Assembly: GCA_009695045.1 (NCBI GenBank)
Contig: SIBS01000003.1
Coordinates: 10,561-74,560 of the forward strand
Reading direction: 5' to 3'
Source of the DNA: Candidatus Levyibacteriota bacterium
GTDB taxonomy: Bacteria > Patescibacteriota > Microgenomatia > Levybacterales > UBA12049
Length of the DNA stretch: 64,000 nt
Shown: piece by piece, positions 9,291 to 19,642 of the stretch
How the letters are laid out: each line of letters opens with the position of its first letter
Numbering within the stretch: the first letter of the stretch is position 1
Translations under genes and position numbers: made by a program
Notes under the pieces: generated by a model
What the model was told of the DNA's origin: nothing
Database searches by the model: none
What the model saw: the letters and a program-made list of their open reading frames with translations, nothing else

Positions 9291-10018
9291 TATGATAGAC
9301 CTTTCTTTTTTTTTGATATTATTACATTCTTAATCATAAGCCATAAGCTTTCATTCCAAAAAAATAAAAGTGATGAAAAAACAAATAAAATAACCCAAAA
9401 TATTCCATCTCTTTCAATCAAAAAAAACAAATTTTTCTTTTCTATAAATAATGCTATCAAAAAATAAATTAATGAAAAAAGTGAGATAAACATCAATGCT
9501 ATGCTTCCATCCCTAAGCTCCCCTCTTCGCTGAAAGGGAAGAATAATCCTAATGAAAAAAAAGAAAATAATTATAAATATAATAGCTATTATAAATCGTT
9601 CTATATCTATATTTTTATTTTTAAAAAAATTTATAATCACATCTATTAGTAATCCAACACCAAAAACTGACAAAAATGAAATAGAGAAAAAATCAAATGA
9701 CTTACCTATTGGAATTTTTTGCTTTAACAAATAAAAATATGCAAAAATTATAATACTTGCAAATCCCCCAGCTAAAGAAAATCCTGGATAATATATAAAT
9801 GCCAAAAAAACTAATGGCTGCAAGAAAATAGATTTAAAATTAAAAATAATAAAGAAAATACGAGAAAATAATAATCCTAGAAAAAAAAGTGCAAAAATAA
9901 TATTAAACATTTGCTCCATTGAAATATTTTTCTTTAAAAAAAGAAAATCATCTTTAGATAATACATAAAAACTTAATAAAAAAATAAAGAGATATAATAG
10001 TAAAAAGGTAATTTGCAT
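9290..10018 (-). CDS. integral membrane protein, possibly prolipoprotein diacylglyceryl transferase (Lgt)-like
   Basis: Hydrophobic 242 aa. YPGFSLAGGFASIIIFAYFY resembles the Lgt GG-rich segment. Weak call. Confidence 0.3.
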   Translation of the reverse strand: MQITFLLLYLFIFLLSFYVLSKDDFLFLKKNISMEQMFNIIFALFFLGLLFSRIFFIIFNFKSIFLQPLVFLAFIYYPGFSLAGGFASIIIFAYFYLLKQKIPIGKSFDFFSISFLSVFGVGLLIDVIINFFKNKNIDIERFIIAIIFIIIFFFFIRIILPFQRRGELRDGSIALMFISLFSLIYFLIALFIEKKNLFFLIERDGIFWVILFVFSSLLFFWNESLWLMIKNVIISKKKKGLS

Positions 10019-10019
10019 A

Positions 10020-11324
10020 TTATTTATTTTTTACTAACATTGCTGTTCCACCAAAAAAAAGTATTATACCCATCGCTGTTATTACTTTAGATATTCCAAA
10101 TACATCTGCTAATCCACCCGCAATAATTACTGGAAGGATTGAGAATGATGCTACCATCGAATTAAGAAAACCAAATACTCTTCCCCGCATCTCATCTGTA
10201 GTTTGTGATTGAATTATAATATTTGAAGGAACAAATACCATAGAATTTGCTATACCTGAAATAAAAGAAAGAAGAACAATTATATGTAAAATTGTTAAAT
10301 CTAAAAATCCACCTGGAATAAATCTATTTAATATATGCACAAATCCTTTTGAGGCAAGCTTGCTCCCCAATGGTAAAAATATAAATACAATACCGCTAAT
10401 AACTATACCCATACTTATAAAAATCTCATTTCTATATTTTTTATTAATACTTCCTATATAAATTGCTCCAAAAATCATGCCAATAGCTGCTGGGCCTAAA
10501 ATAATCCATGAAAGGTTTTCTATCTCTACATTAAGAATTGTAGCAACATAGCCAGGACCAAGTGCTGCAAAAGTAAAAACGATTGACTGAGCAACCGTTA
10601 TAACTATCAAAGCTTTAGTTAATTTTTTTCCTTTTTTTATAAAATTTATAACTTCATTTACCTCGCTAAAAAAAGATTTACTCAATTTTCCAAAAATAAA
10701 TGATTCTTTAAGTATTTTTTTCTTTTTTTGAGTAAAATTAACAAAAAATATTGCAATTGCACTAACAAAAAATAGTGATGCAAGAAGAAGAATTGTTTTT
10801 TGATCACCTAATATCAAAAGAGCTGGCCCTGAAAGTATATATCCAAGAAAAATAGTACTATAAATACCAATAGAAAATACCGCATTTGCAGGAGTAATCA
10901 ATCTTCTTGGCACAAGTAATGGAATTATAGCCGATTCAGCGGGAAGAAAAAATTGTGTTACAACTGCAATAAGAAATGTATTTATGAGAATAAAAATAAA
11001 ATGTAAATTGGGAATTAAAAAGGGAATTAAGAGTAATCCACGAATAATATTGGTATTAAAAAGTACAGCTTTCTTATTCCATCTATCTACTAAGACACCT
11101 GCTAAAATACTAAATATTATAGATGGGATGGTAAAAGAGATGATAAGTGCAGAAACAGCAGTATTAGAATTAGTAACTTTATATATTAAAAATATAAATA
11201 CAAAATGCTGTAAATTAAACGCTAATTGAGAAAAAAATTCCGATATCATTAAGAAGAAAAATGGTTTTATGCAGAGAACCTGATAAATTTGATTTTTTTT
11301 GAAATAATTATTAAAAGTCTGCAT
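10020..11324 (-). CDS. MFS-type transporter
   Basis: About 12 predicted TM helices with MFS-like organisation. Confidence 0.65.
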   Translation of the reverse strand: MQTFNNYFKKNQIYQVLCIKPFFFLMISEFFSQLAFNLQHFVFIFLIYKVTNSNTAVSALIISFTIPSIIFSILAGVLVDRWNKKAVLFNTNIIRGLLLIPFLIPNLHFIFILINTFLIAVVTQFFLPAESAIIPLLVPRRLITPANAVFSIGIYSTIFLGYILSGPALLILGDQKTILLLASLFFVSAIAIFFVNFTQKKKKILKESFIFGKLSKSFFSEVNEVINFIKKGKKLTKALIVITVAQSIVFTFAALGPGYVATILNVEIENLSWIILGPAAIGMIFGAIYIGSINKKYRNEIFISMGIVISGIVFIFLPLGSKLASKGFVHILNRFIPGGFLDLTILHIIVLLSFISGIANSMVFVPSNIIIQSQTTDEMRGRVFGFLNSMVASFSILPVIIAGGLADVFGISKVITAMGIILFFGGTAMLVKNK

Positions 11325-11326
11325 AT

Positions 11327-11884
11327 TTAGACTTTTTCACTATAAGCGCCAGTTCTTGTATCTATTCTTATTTTATCTCCTTCTTCTATGAAAAGAGGTA
11401 CTTTAGTTGTGATTCCATTTTCAAGAGTTGCATCCTTAAATATACTTGTCGCAGAGTTACCTCTGATAGATGGACCAGTTTCTGAAACAGTAAACTCCAT
11501 TTTTGGAGGAAGCAGAAGTGAAAGCGCCTCATCTCTCAAAAAGCTTACGGTAAAAGTTTGACCCTCTTTTAAATATGCTGATTCATAACTTATTATCTTA
11601 AGCGGTATAGTAATTTGTTCGAAGTTTATTGGGTTCATAAAATATGCAGAATCTTCATCTTTATATAAAAATTGTATATCTCGCTTATCCAAGCGAACAG
11701 AATTAACACTTGCACTATTTATAAAACTCTTTTCAGTTGTGGAGCCACTACGAATATTTTTTACTTTTACTTTTATATTTGCACTCCCCCGCCCCATTTT
11801 AATATGTTCAAAAGAAAGCACAAGAAATAATTGTCCCTGCTCTTCAAATGCAGATCCCGCTCTTAATTCATTTACTGAAGTCAT
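11327..11884 (-). CDS. efp: elongation factor P
   Basis: 185 aa; HIKMGRGSANIKVKVKN aligns to E. coli FVKPGKGQAFARVKLR. The conserved modified Lys is Arg here. Confidence 0.9.
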   Translation of the reverse strand: MTSVNELRAGSAFEEQGQLFLVLSFEHIKMGRGSANIKVKVKNIRSGSTTEKSFINSASVNSVRLDKRDIQFLYKDEDSAYFMNPINFEQITIPLKIISYESAYLKEGQTFTVSFLRDEALSLLLPPKMEFTVSETGPSIRGNSATSIFKDATLENGITTKVPLFIEEGDKIRIDTRTGAYSEKV

Positions 11885-11946
11885 ATATAAAATAGAGTTA
11901 TTAAATAGATTTTAAATTAGTTTTTATAAGTATATTAAAAATACAA

Positions 11947-12909
11947 CTAACTAGATATTTTTCTTCTTACCCGTATCAATCCCGAACATGCCATAGTTGC
12001 AACACCTTGTTTTTCTAATGCATCTAAAAATAAATTTGCGCCGATAGAATCAGATGCCATATGCCCAGTATCTATAACATTAACATGCATTTTTTTCATT
12101 TCCACCAATGCATCTTCTGGTATATGCATATCAATTATTGTACCAACTCCTGCTTTTGCTGATTCCATATATAATTCTTTTGATGGATTGGTTCCACCAG
12201 TAAAATGTACAGCAATCTTACCAACTGGACTATTTGGAGTCCCAGAAACAATTGCTGGACCCGCTTTTCCCTTGGTAGATTCTATAAATTCTGGTAATTC
12301 CATTATTTTATCGAACAACTCTGAAAGTGTATCAAAGCTATTTTTTTGTAAATAATTATTCATAAAATTGTATCCTAAATTATCCCATACTGTATGTATA
12401 ACCATGAAGGGTATATCTAAAAGCCTAGCAGCATCCACAGCCTGAGTGTGATTAATCGGACTAAATCTTCGCTTCACGTATCCTTTTCTCTCTTGAATCA
12501 TTGAGTAAGCTATATTTTTTGGCACACCTGATTCAACAAACATATCTACTTGAGCATCCATAACTTCATGAAGAGATGCCAGCGCGTGACCACTTGGATG
12601 ATGAGAAATAAGTAATCCAATTCCTTCACCTTTTTGATTTAATCTATCTACCAATAGTGGCTCAGCACTATCAGAATCGATCCCAGCAAGCACTTTCTTA
12701 ATTTCCTTTTTAGGATCACCTACTAATATCCTAGTATCTGAATATGGATTTATTAATGACTCTTCATCAAAATATTTTTTATTTTTTAAAGATAGATCAT
12801 CATAATCTTTTTTTCGTCTAGAAAGAGCTTTCATTACGCCACTTTTTGTTCTAGGATCTGACTTAATACCCATCTCTATTGCTAAATCATAAATTTCTTT
12901 TATTGTCAT
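11947..12909 (-). CDS. Nif3-family (YqfO/YbgI-like) dinuclear-metal protein
   Basis: GIGLLISHHP and a C-terminal HIPEDALVEMKKMHVNVIDTGHMASDSIG resemble Nif3 motifs. The start is probably an internal Met (MTIKEIYD). Confidence 0.55.
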   Translation of the reverse strand: MTIKEIYDLAIEMGIKSDPRTKSGVMKALSRRKKDYDDLSLKNKKYFDEESLINPYSDTRILVGDPKKEIKKVLAGIDSDSAEPLLVDRLNQKGEGIGLLISHHPSGHALASLHEVMDAQVDMFVESGVPKNIAYSMIQERKGYVKRRFSPINHTQAVDAARLLDIPFMVIHTVWDNLGYNFMNNYLQKNSFDTLSELFDKIMELPEFIESTKGKAGPAIVSGTPNSPVGKIAVHFTGGTNPSKELYMESAKAGVGTIIDMHIPEDALVEMKKMHVNVIDTGHMASDSIGANLFLDALEKQGVATMACSGLIRVRRKISS

Positions 12910-13078
12910 ATATATAAAATTATATACTATTTGACGCTCAAAAGTCAAAATATTATTTATGAATTTTCATAAAATAAAGATTAAATACTATTTATAAAAA
13001 ATTAAAATTATGATAAAACTTAAATCAATTATAAAATTTGTTCTTTAGATGACGTAAATGATATAATTCCATCATAAA

Positions 13079-13164
13079 GCCGGGATGGCGGAATGGTATA
13101 CGCGGTAGTCTCAAAAACTACTAGTCGCAAGGCTGTGTGGGTTCGAGTCCCTCTCCCGGCACCA
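13079..13164 (+). tRNA. tRNA-Leu (anticodon CAA), type II with long variable arm
   Basis: Acceptor GCCGGGA/TCCCGGC, discriminator A, CCA encoded. Anticodon stem GTAGT/ACTAC with loop CTCAAAA; T-loop GGTTCGAGTCC. Confidence 0.85.
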
Positions 13165-13297
13165 AAATCAAAGGTTTTGAAGAAGTCAAAAAATAAGGCA
13201 CACAGAGTAAATAACGCATCAGTATTTTTGGAAATAAGTATGAGCTTCTTACAGTAGGAATAAAACAAAATAATATTGATTTATTTCAATAATAATT

Positions 13298-14623
13298 TTA
13301 TTTCTTTTCGTCTTCCCTTTTCTTCTCTAAGCTATAAAAACGTATCCTATCCCCTCTAAACAATAAATCTACCTCTCCAACTGGACCATTACGATGCTTT
13401 GCTATTACAAGCTTTGTCTGCATAACTGGAGCAATTTCATCATCTGGTTTGTATAAAAACATTACAACATCAGCATCTTGCTCTATTGCACCAGACTCTC
13501 TTAAATCTGCAAGCTGTGGTCTTTTATCTTGTCTATTTTCAACTGCACGAGATAATTGAGAAAGACAAAGTACTGGAATCCTTAATTCTCTTGCCAGATT
13601 CTTCATTGATTGAGAAATAATAGAAACTTCTTGCACTCTATTATCTAATCTTCTACCAGAATCAACAAGTTGCAAATAGTCAACAATTATACATTTAATA
13701 TTATGTTCTAATTGTAATCTTCTTGCCCTTGAGCGCATTTCCGAAATAGTAATTCCCGGAGTATCATCAATAAAAATTGGTGACTCTGCCAAGACGCCCA
13801 TTGCATCTGATAAACGAGAGAAATCTGTCTCAGAGAGCCGACCTGTTTTCAATTTCCATGCATCTACATCAGCCTGACCAACAAGTAATCTATCAACAAG
13901 CTCCTCCTTACTCATCTCCAAAGAAAAAATTCCTACTGGTATTTTTTGCTCTACGGCAATACCTTGTGCAATATTAAGGGAGAATGCTGTTTTACCTTGA
14001 CCTGGACGAGCTGCTAGAATAACTAAATTTGCTGACTGTAATCCAGAAAGAAGATTATCAAGATCATGAAAACCAGTCTTTATCCCTCTAAAGCCTCCAC
14101 CATGTTTATGTAGTTCATCTATTCTATCAAAACTTTCTGCGAGCGCATCTTTAATTTGTATAAATCCCCTAGTCGTATTTCCTTGAGAAATAGCAAAGAT
14201 AGAAGACTCTGCTTTATCAATGAGAACCTTTACCTCTTCTTCTACGAATCCCATTTCAACAAGTTGAGTTCCAATTGTAATGAGTGAGCGTTTCGTGGAT
14301 GCCTCTTTAATAAGGATTGCGTACTGTTCTATATTTGCTGCCGTTGGAACTGCATTTACTAGCTGAGAGATATATTCACTATCTATTTTTTCATATCCTT
14401 TTTTCTTTTTCAATTCCGCACTAAGTGTAACCATGTCAACTGGTTTTCTATTATCATAAAGAGAAAGCATTGCGTTAAATATGAGTCCATTTGTATCATT
14501 ATAAAAATCCGTAAAGGAGATTAGCTCTGAAACAAGATTCATAGCATCTTTATCAATAAGAATGCCACCGAGGACACTTTGCTCTGCATCTTCATTATGT
14601 GGAGGGACACGAAGGTTAGCCAT
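13298..14623 (-). CDS. dnaB: replicative DNA helicase DnaB
   Basis: N-terminal PHNEDAEQSVLGGILID and Walker A ARPGQGKTAFSLNIA. Confidence 0.95.
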   Translation of the reverse strand: MANLRVPPHNEDAEQSVLGGILIDKDAMNLVSELISFTDFYNDTNGLIFNAMLSLYDNRKPVDMVTLSAELKKKKGYEKIDSEYISQLVNAVPTAANIEQYAILIKEASTKRSLITIGTQLVEMGFVEEEVKVLIDKAESSIFAISQGNTTRGFIQIKDALAESFDRIDELHKHGGGFRGIKTGFHDLDNLLSGLQSANLVILAARPGQGKTAFSLNIAQGIAVEQKIPVGIFSLEMSKEELVDRLLVGQADVDAWKLKTGRLSETDFSRLSDAMGVLAESPIFIDDTPGITISEMRSRARRLQLEHNIKCIIVDYLQLVDSGRRLDNRVQEVSIISQSMKNLARELRIPVLCLSQLSRAVENRQDKRPQLADLRESGAIEQDADVVMFLYKPDDEIAPVMQTKLVIAKHRNGPVGEVDLLFRGDRIRFYSLEKKREDEKK

Positions 14624-14695
14624 ATATATTAGCTTTTAATTTTATTCACGGCTAAATTTATGTTAAGAATCTTAAAATTAGACGTCGAATGCTAA

Positions 14696-15214
14696 TTAAC
14701 TATTAGCCAGTACTATTACTTCCATTTCTTCAGGCAATTTATCTGCACTTATTACATATTTTGCAACAGGAATACTATCTCTACCCAATGCCTTCGCCGC
14801 TTCAGATGCCTGTAAACCATAAATAATTACCACCTTAGGAGAAAGTGTCGTTATGAAAGACTCACGAAGCACAGTATCGGCATTTATTACAATAATTTCA
14901 TATTCATTTCCTTCTAATGTTTTTTCAAGAGCACTAGCGCTAGTAACAAAAACCTCAACTTCATCAACATGTAATACGTACATCATGCCATTTTGATTCA
15001 TGCCCGTAATCTTTACTCCCCCAACCTCATATTCTCCGGGCCCAGATACAATAACTCTTTGACCCGATACTGTTGTTCCTAGAACTTCAGAATTTTTTAA
15101 TAAAAGCACGGCATCTGTAATTGTCTTTACACCTTTTTCTTGTGGATCAATAACGAATACTGCTTGTTTACTTTTTATACGAATTGATTCCTGATGTACT
15201 GTTGAAAATTCCAT
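14696..15214 (-). CDS. hypothetical protein (172 aa)
   Basis: ORF only; no motif. Confidence 0.4.
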   Translation of the reverse strand: MEFSTVHQESIRIKSKQAVFVIDPQEKGVKTITDAVLLLKNSEVLGTTVSGQRVIVSGPGEYEVGGVKITGMNQNGMMYVLHVDEVEVFVTSASALEKTLEGNEYEIIVINADTVLRESFITTLSPKVVIIYGLQASEAAKALGRDSIPVAKYVISADKLPEEMEVIVLANS

Positions 15215-15355
15215 ATAATAAATTTATAAAAATTATTTATTTTTAACCGATGTAGATCATCCTATCATACGCTCATTACCTTGACAAGAGGAAATTTTTG
15301 AAGTACTATCAGTTTCACTAAAAAAAGGTTTTTAGATAATTATTACACTTGAATA

Positions 15356-15787
15356 ATGAAAAAAGAAAGCTTTATTCTCTCTTTTATTGCAATCACCATT
15401 GGCATAATCGTTTCAGGCATAATCTTTTACTTCTACCAATCAACAAAAATAATTCCAGAAAATATAATTAAACCTATCACTATAAATCCAATTACTCCAG
15501 TTGCTTCAATTACAGAAATTGTCCCACTTCATATTGATCTTCCAAAAGATGAAGATGTTGTAGATACAAAATCAATAACAATCTCCGGCAAAACAATTCC
15601 AACTGCGACTATCATTATTTCAAAAGAATCGGAAGACATTATCTTAAATCCAACAAGATTAGGAACATTTTCAACATTACTTACAATCAATGACGGAGTA
15701 AATGAAATTACTATTACTTCAGTTTCACCATCTGGAGAAGAAACAACAATAAAACGAACTATTACATTCTCAACAGAAAGCTTCTAA
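15356..15787 (+). CDS. hypothetical membrane-anchored/secreted protein
   Basis: N-terminal TM helix; Thr/Ile-rich. Confidence 0.4.
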   Translation: MKKESFILSFIAITIGIIVSGIIFYFYQSTKIIPENIIKPITINPITPVASITEIVPLHIDLPKDEDVVDTKSITISGKTIPTATIIISKESEDIILNPTRLGTFSTLLTINDGVNEITITSVSPSGEETTIKRTITFSTESF

Positions 15788-16638
15788 TGAAATTAATTAA
15801 TAATAAAATAAAATATATTTTTACATCATTAATTATTATTTATTTTTTCTTTATTTTTAATTCATATACCCATGCTGTCACTACAATACCAAAAATATCC
15901 CCAACTACATCAACAAAAAACATCGATTCAAATACTCAAAATGCAAATCAACCTACTCCATCAAAAAATATTGAAGATCAAATTAACAATCTTAAAGACC
16001 GTATTGCCTCAAGAGTAGCACAATTAAAACTTGTTGAAAAAAAAGGAATTATTGGAATTGTTACCAGTGTTTCAGGTGCAAAAATTACGATAACAGATAT
16101 TAAGAATGATATTAAATTCATCGATGTTGACGAAATTACCAAATTTTCTTCTCCATCAGCCAAGGATTCATTTGGAATATCGGATATAGTTAAGGGAAGT
16201 AAAATTGCAACACTAGGACTATATAACAAACAATCACGACGAATTATGGCACGCTTTATTGACGTTCTCTTTACTCCAGTAATTTTGCAGGGAGCAGTTG
16301 TAGCAATCGACGAAAAAGAATTTACAATTTTAGTTCAACTTGAAGATGGACAAAAAGTAAAGGTCGATATTGAAAAAGTTACTAAAACAAATTCCTATAG
16401 CGGAGATAATGGAATTGCGAAATTTGGCTTTTCTAAAATTAAAAATGACATGCGAATTTTCGTTGCTGGATATGCCAATATTGGTGATAATAAAAGAATT
16501 ACTGCTACAAGAATCATAATATTTACTGATATTCCTAAGAATCCTAAAATAAAAATTATTCCAAATGCACTTATTCAACAGGAAACAATTGTCGCATCAA
16601 CTGGAAGTGGTAAAAAATTAACTCCAATCACTAGATAA
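15787..16638 (+). CDS. hypothetical secreted protein
   Basis: N-terminal signal-like helix. Its ATG overlaps the stop of the previous ORF. Confidence 0.45.
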   Translation: MKLINNKIKYIFTSLIIIYFFFIFNSYTHAVTTIPKISPTTSTKNIDSNTQNANQPTPSKNIEDQINNLKDRIASRVAQLKLVEKKGIIGIVTSVSGAKITITDIKNDIKFIDVDEITKFSSPSAKDSFGISDIVKGSKIATLGLYNKQSRRIMARFIDVLFTPVILQGAVVAIDEKEFTILVQLEDGQKVKVDIEKVTKTNSYSGDNGIAKFGFSKIKNDMRIFVAGYANIGDNKRITATRIIIFTDIPKNPKIKIIPNALIQQETIVASTGSGKKLTPITR

Positions 16639-16669
16639 TCTATAGTTATAATTTTTTAATTTACCTACA

Positions 16670-17812
16670 ATGAAAAATCGATTAAAAAACCTTAGAGATA
16701 AACTAGGAATTAAAAATACAGATGCGCTACTTATAAGCTCTATATCTAATATAATTTACCTCACTGGGTATAATGGTTTCTCAAATGAGAAACGAGAAGC
16801 ATATTTACTTATTACAAAAAATGCACAATATATTTTTACTGATTCTAGATATTCTATTGCAATTGAAGAAAAAGTTTCAGATTTTATACTTTTAAAAATC
16901 GGGGCCCAAAAACCATTTCTAAAAATACTTGAGGACTTAATAAAAGATGAAAATATAGTGTCACTTGGAATCGAAGCGAAGAGCCTTACAGTAATAGAAT
17001 ATTTGGCAATTAAAAAAATAGTTAAATGTAATCCAGTTGATTCAATATTGCAAGAGGCAAGAGAAAAAAAAGAAGAAATAGAAATTAATTCCATTAAAAA
17101 AGCCTGCGATATTGGAGATAATGCCTTTAAATATATTTTAGGCAAAATTAATGAAGGAATAAGTGAAAAGGAAATTGCCTATTATTTGGAAAACTATATA
17201 CGCCAAAATGGTGGTGAACCATCTTTTCGATCAATTGTTGCATTTGAAAAAAATGCTGCCATTCCCCATCATCTCACGGGAGATGATGTTTTAAAAAATA
17301 AAACTGGTCAATATGTCTTGATGGATTTTGGAGTAAAGATAGATAATTATTGCTCCGATATGACACGGACTATATTCTTTGGCACACCTTCAAGTACGCA
17401 AATATTAATCTATAATACGGTTAAAGAATCTCAAGAGAAAGCAATTAAATTAATTATAAGTAATTATAGACAAAAAAATAATACAAAAATAAATTATCAT
17501 AAATCTACTATGATAAATCAAAAAGGTATTTCAGCGTCAAAAATAGATAAAATTGCTAGAGATTATATTATTTCAATGAACTACCCATCTATCCCTCATT
17601 CATTAGGTCACGGGATTGGATTAGATGTTCATGAATATCCAAGCTTATCTCCTAAATCAAAGGATTTTATTCAGAATGGAATGATCTTCTCAATAGAACC
17701 AGGGATATATATACCATATATTGGCGGAGTAAGAATTGAAGATTTAATTGCTATTAGAAATAATGTGCCAGAAATACTTACTCACGCATCAAAAAATCTT
17801 ACAATCATATAA
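16670..17812 (+). CDS. M24-family Xaa-Pro aminopeptidase
   Basis: Creatinase-like N-terminal domain plus HGIGLDVHEYP metal-ligand motif. Confidence 0.85.
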   Translation: MKNRLKNLRDKLGIKNTDALLISSISNIIYLTGYNGFSNEKREAYLLITKNAQYIFTDSRYSIAIEEKVSDFILLKIGAQKPFLKILEDLIKDENIVSLGIEAKSLTVIEYLAIKKIVKCNPVDSILQEAREKKEEIEINSIKKACDIGDNAFKYILGKINEGISEKEIAYYLENYIRQNGGEPSFRSIVAFEKNAAIPHHLTGDDVLKNKTGQYVLMDFGVKIDNYCSDMTRTIFFGTPSSTQILIYNTVKESQEKAIKLIISNYRQKNNTKINYHKSTMINQKGISASKIDKIARDYIISMNYPSIPHSLGHGIGLDVHEYPSLSPKSKDFIQNGMIFSIEPGIYIPYIGGVRIEDLIAIRNNVPEILTHASKNLTII

Positions 17813-17814
17813 AT

Positions 17815-17844
17815 TTGACTTTTTGTATAAATCTATGATATATT
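17815..17844 (+). promoter_or_regulatory. candidate promoter TTGACT-N18-TATATT driving the T-box leader
   Basis: TTGACT at 17815-17820 and TATATT at about 17839-17844. Confidence 0.3.
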
Positions 17845-17854
17845 GATTTTTAGT

Positions 17855-18095
17855 TTATTAAAAGCGTTTGACTGGAGTCACGATCCAGGAGCTGAAGGTA
17901 AAAATACCTTACGGAAATTGAACCGTAAAATACAATGGTCGGTATCGCAAATACGTAGAGCCGACACAAGAGCTTAAAGGAAAAATACCTTTAAGAAGTA
18001 AGGATGGGACCGCGGGAGGTTCATTAATTATCCTCTCGTTCCTTACTCACCACAAACGTGGTGAGTAGAGAACGGGAGGTTTTTTTATGGAAAAT
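17855..18095 (+). promoter_or_regulatory. T-box riboswitch leader (His-specific?) upstream of hisS
   Basis: T-box consensus AGGATGGGACCGCGGGA at 18001-18017, followed by a 22-bp terminator with a T8 run at 18032-18087. Multiple stem-I-like hairpins, one with a CAC-containing loop (ctggaGTCACGATccag). Confidence 0.6.
18032..18087 (+). terminator. intrinsic terminator of the T-box leader
   Basis: cctctcgttccttactcaccac-aaac-gtggtgagtagagaacgggagg followed by TTTTTTT. Confidence 0.7.
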
Positions 18096-18118
18096 CTACC
18101 TGAAAGGAGGTGATAAAT

Positions 18119-18391
18119 ATGGAAAGAGATAATTACTCAAAATTTGGCCTAGAAGAACCAGAAATTTCAGATAAAAATATAAGGCCTGTGAGAATATTTA
18201 ATACAATAACACAGCCTACAGAGGATCAAGCAGAAAAAAATGAAAAAATTTCTGGAGAAGATTTTGTAAATAGATATAGTGAGATTATTGCTGCTATAAG
18301 AAATAATCTCAACAATAATGATAATTATATCAATTCAAATCCTATATCTGAACAGGTAAATAACATTATTGAGAATAGTGAAGAAAACTGA
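18119..18391 (+). CDS. small acidic Asn-rich low-complexity protein (90 aa) between the T-box terminator and hisS
   Basis: Strong SD AAAGGAGGTGA 7 nt before the ATG at 18119; stop-free for 90 codons in an AT-rich genome. Confidence 0.4.
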   Translation: MERDNYSKFGLEEPEISDKNIRPVRIFNTITQPTEDQAEKNEKISGEDFVNRYSEIIAAIRNNLNNNDNYINSNPISEQVNNIIENSEEN

Positions 18392-18411
18392 TATTCTATA
18401 AAGATAATTGT

Positions 18412-19614
18412 ATGATACAAAACTTAAAAGGATTTCGGGATTTTTTACCAAAAACGGCACTAAAGCGACAATGGCTCAAGGAAAAGATAATTGAGGTGTT
18501 TGAATTATGGGGATACGACCCAATGGAGACACCGACACTTGAACCATTGGAGCTTTTTGCTGGACAAATAGGAGAAGATGAAAAACTTTTCTTTAAATTC
18601 AAAGACAATGGTGGTCGCGATGTTGCGCTTAGATATGATCAAACAGTTCCAGCGTGCAGAGTCGTTGGACAATATAATAGTACCTTAATCTCTCCGTTTA
18701 AAAGGTATCAAATACAGCCAGCATTTCGTGCAGAAAATCCACAAAAAGGAAGATATAGAGAATTTCTACAATGCGATGCTGATATCTTTGGGATCGACTC
18801 TCCATTTGCTGATGCAGAAGTTATTGCTCTTTCACTGGATATTTATCGCCGACTTGGTTTTACTAATGCAAAAGCTCTTATCAATGATCGCTCTCTATTA
18901 AGAGATTTTCCCTATGAAGCGATTGTAGCAATAGATAAACTAAAAAAAATTGGTGAAAAAGGAGTTATAGCTGATATGGAAAAAAAAGGCATAACAAATG
19001 AAAAAGCAATGGAATATCTTAAAATTATTCCAAAATTAAAACCCAATGAAACAATCACTATTATTCTTGATTATCTTAAAAATAATGGATTCTCAGAAGA
19101 CTGGTATGAATTTGATCCAACAATTGCACGATCTTTCTCATATGCTACTGGACCAATATGGGAGATAGTTATACCTGGATTTAATGGTGGATCAGTTCTG
19201 GGCGGAGAAAGATTTGATAAGCTCATTGAGCAAGTTGCAGGAATTGATATTCCTGGAACAGGATTTGGCTTAGGATTTGATAGAACACTTGAGGCAATAG
19301 AACAATTTGGCCTACTTCCAGACATAAAAACGAAAACACAGGCATTGATAACTATTTTCGATATAAACTTAGCTAGTAAGTCAACTGAATTAGCGATGAA
19401 ATTTAGAAATAATAATATAAATACAGAACTATATGCAAATCCAAAAGCAAAACTAGATAAACAACTTAAATATGCTGACCAAAAAAATATTCCTTACATA
19501 ATAATCCTTGGCCCTGATGAATTAAAAAATAATACAATTACTTTAAAAAACCTTAAAACTCGCGAACAAGAAACTTCATCAATAGAAGATATTATAATAA
19601 AACTAAAGGCATGA
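18412..19614 (+). CDS. hisS: histidyl-tRNA synthetase
   Basis: Class II aaRS with N-terminal GFRDFLP motif, 400 aa, and a C-terminal anticodon-binding domain. Confidence 0.9.
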   Translation: MIQNLKGFRDFLPKTALKRQWLKEKIIEVFELWGYDPMETPTLEPLELFAGQIGEDEKLFFKFKDNGGRDVALRYDQTVPACRVVGQYNSTLISPFKRYQIQPAFRAENPQKGRYREFLQCDADIFGIDSPFADAEVIALSLDIYRRLGFTNAKALINDRSLLRDFPYEAIVAIDKLKKIGEKGVIADMEKKGITNEKAMEYLKIIPKLKPNETITIILDYLKNNGFSEDWYEFDPTIARSFSYATGPIWEIVIPGFNGGSVLGGERFDKLIEQVAGIDIPGTGFGLGFDRTLEAIEQFGLLPDIKTKTQALITIFDINLASKSTELAMKFRNNNINTELYANPKAKLDKQLKYADQKNIPYIIILGPDELKNNTITLKNLKTREQETSSIEDIIIKLKA

Positions 19615-19642
19615 ATAATCTCTATAATAAATTGATTAGATT

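Noticed and set aside
13029-13268. 79-aa minus-strand ORF
   Set aside because: It overlaps tRNA-Leu(CAA) at 13079-13164; it is a spurious ORF across a tRNA gene.
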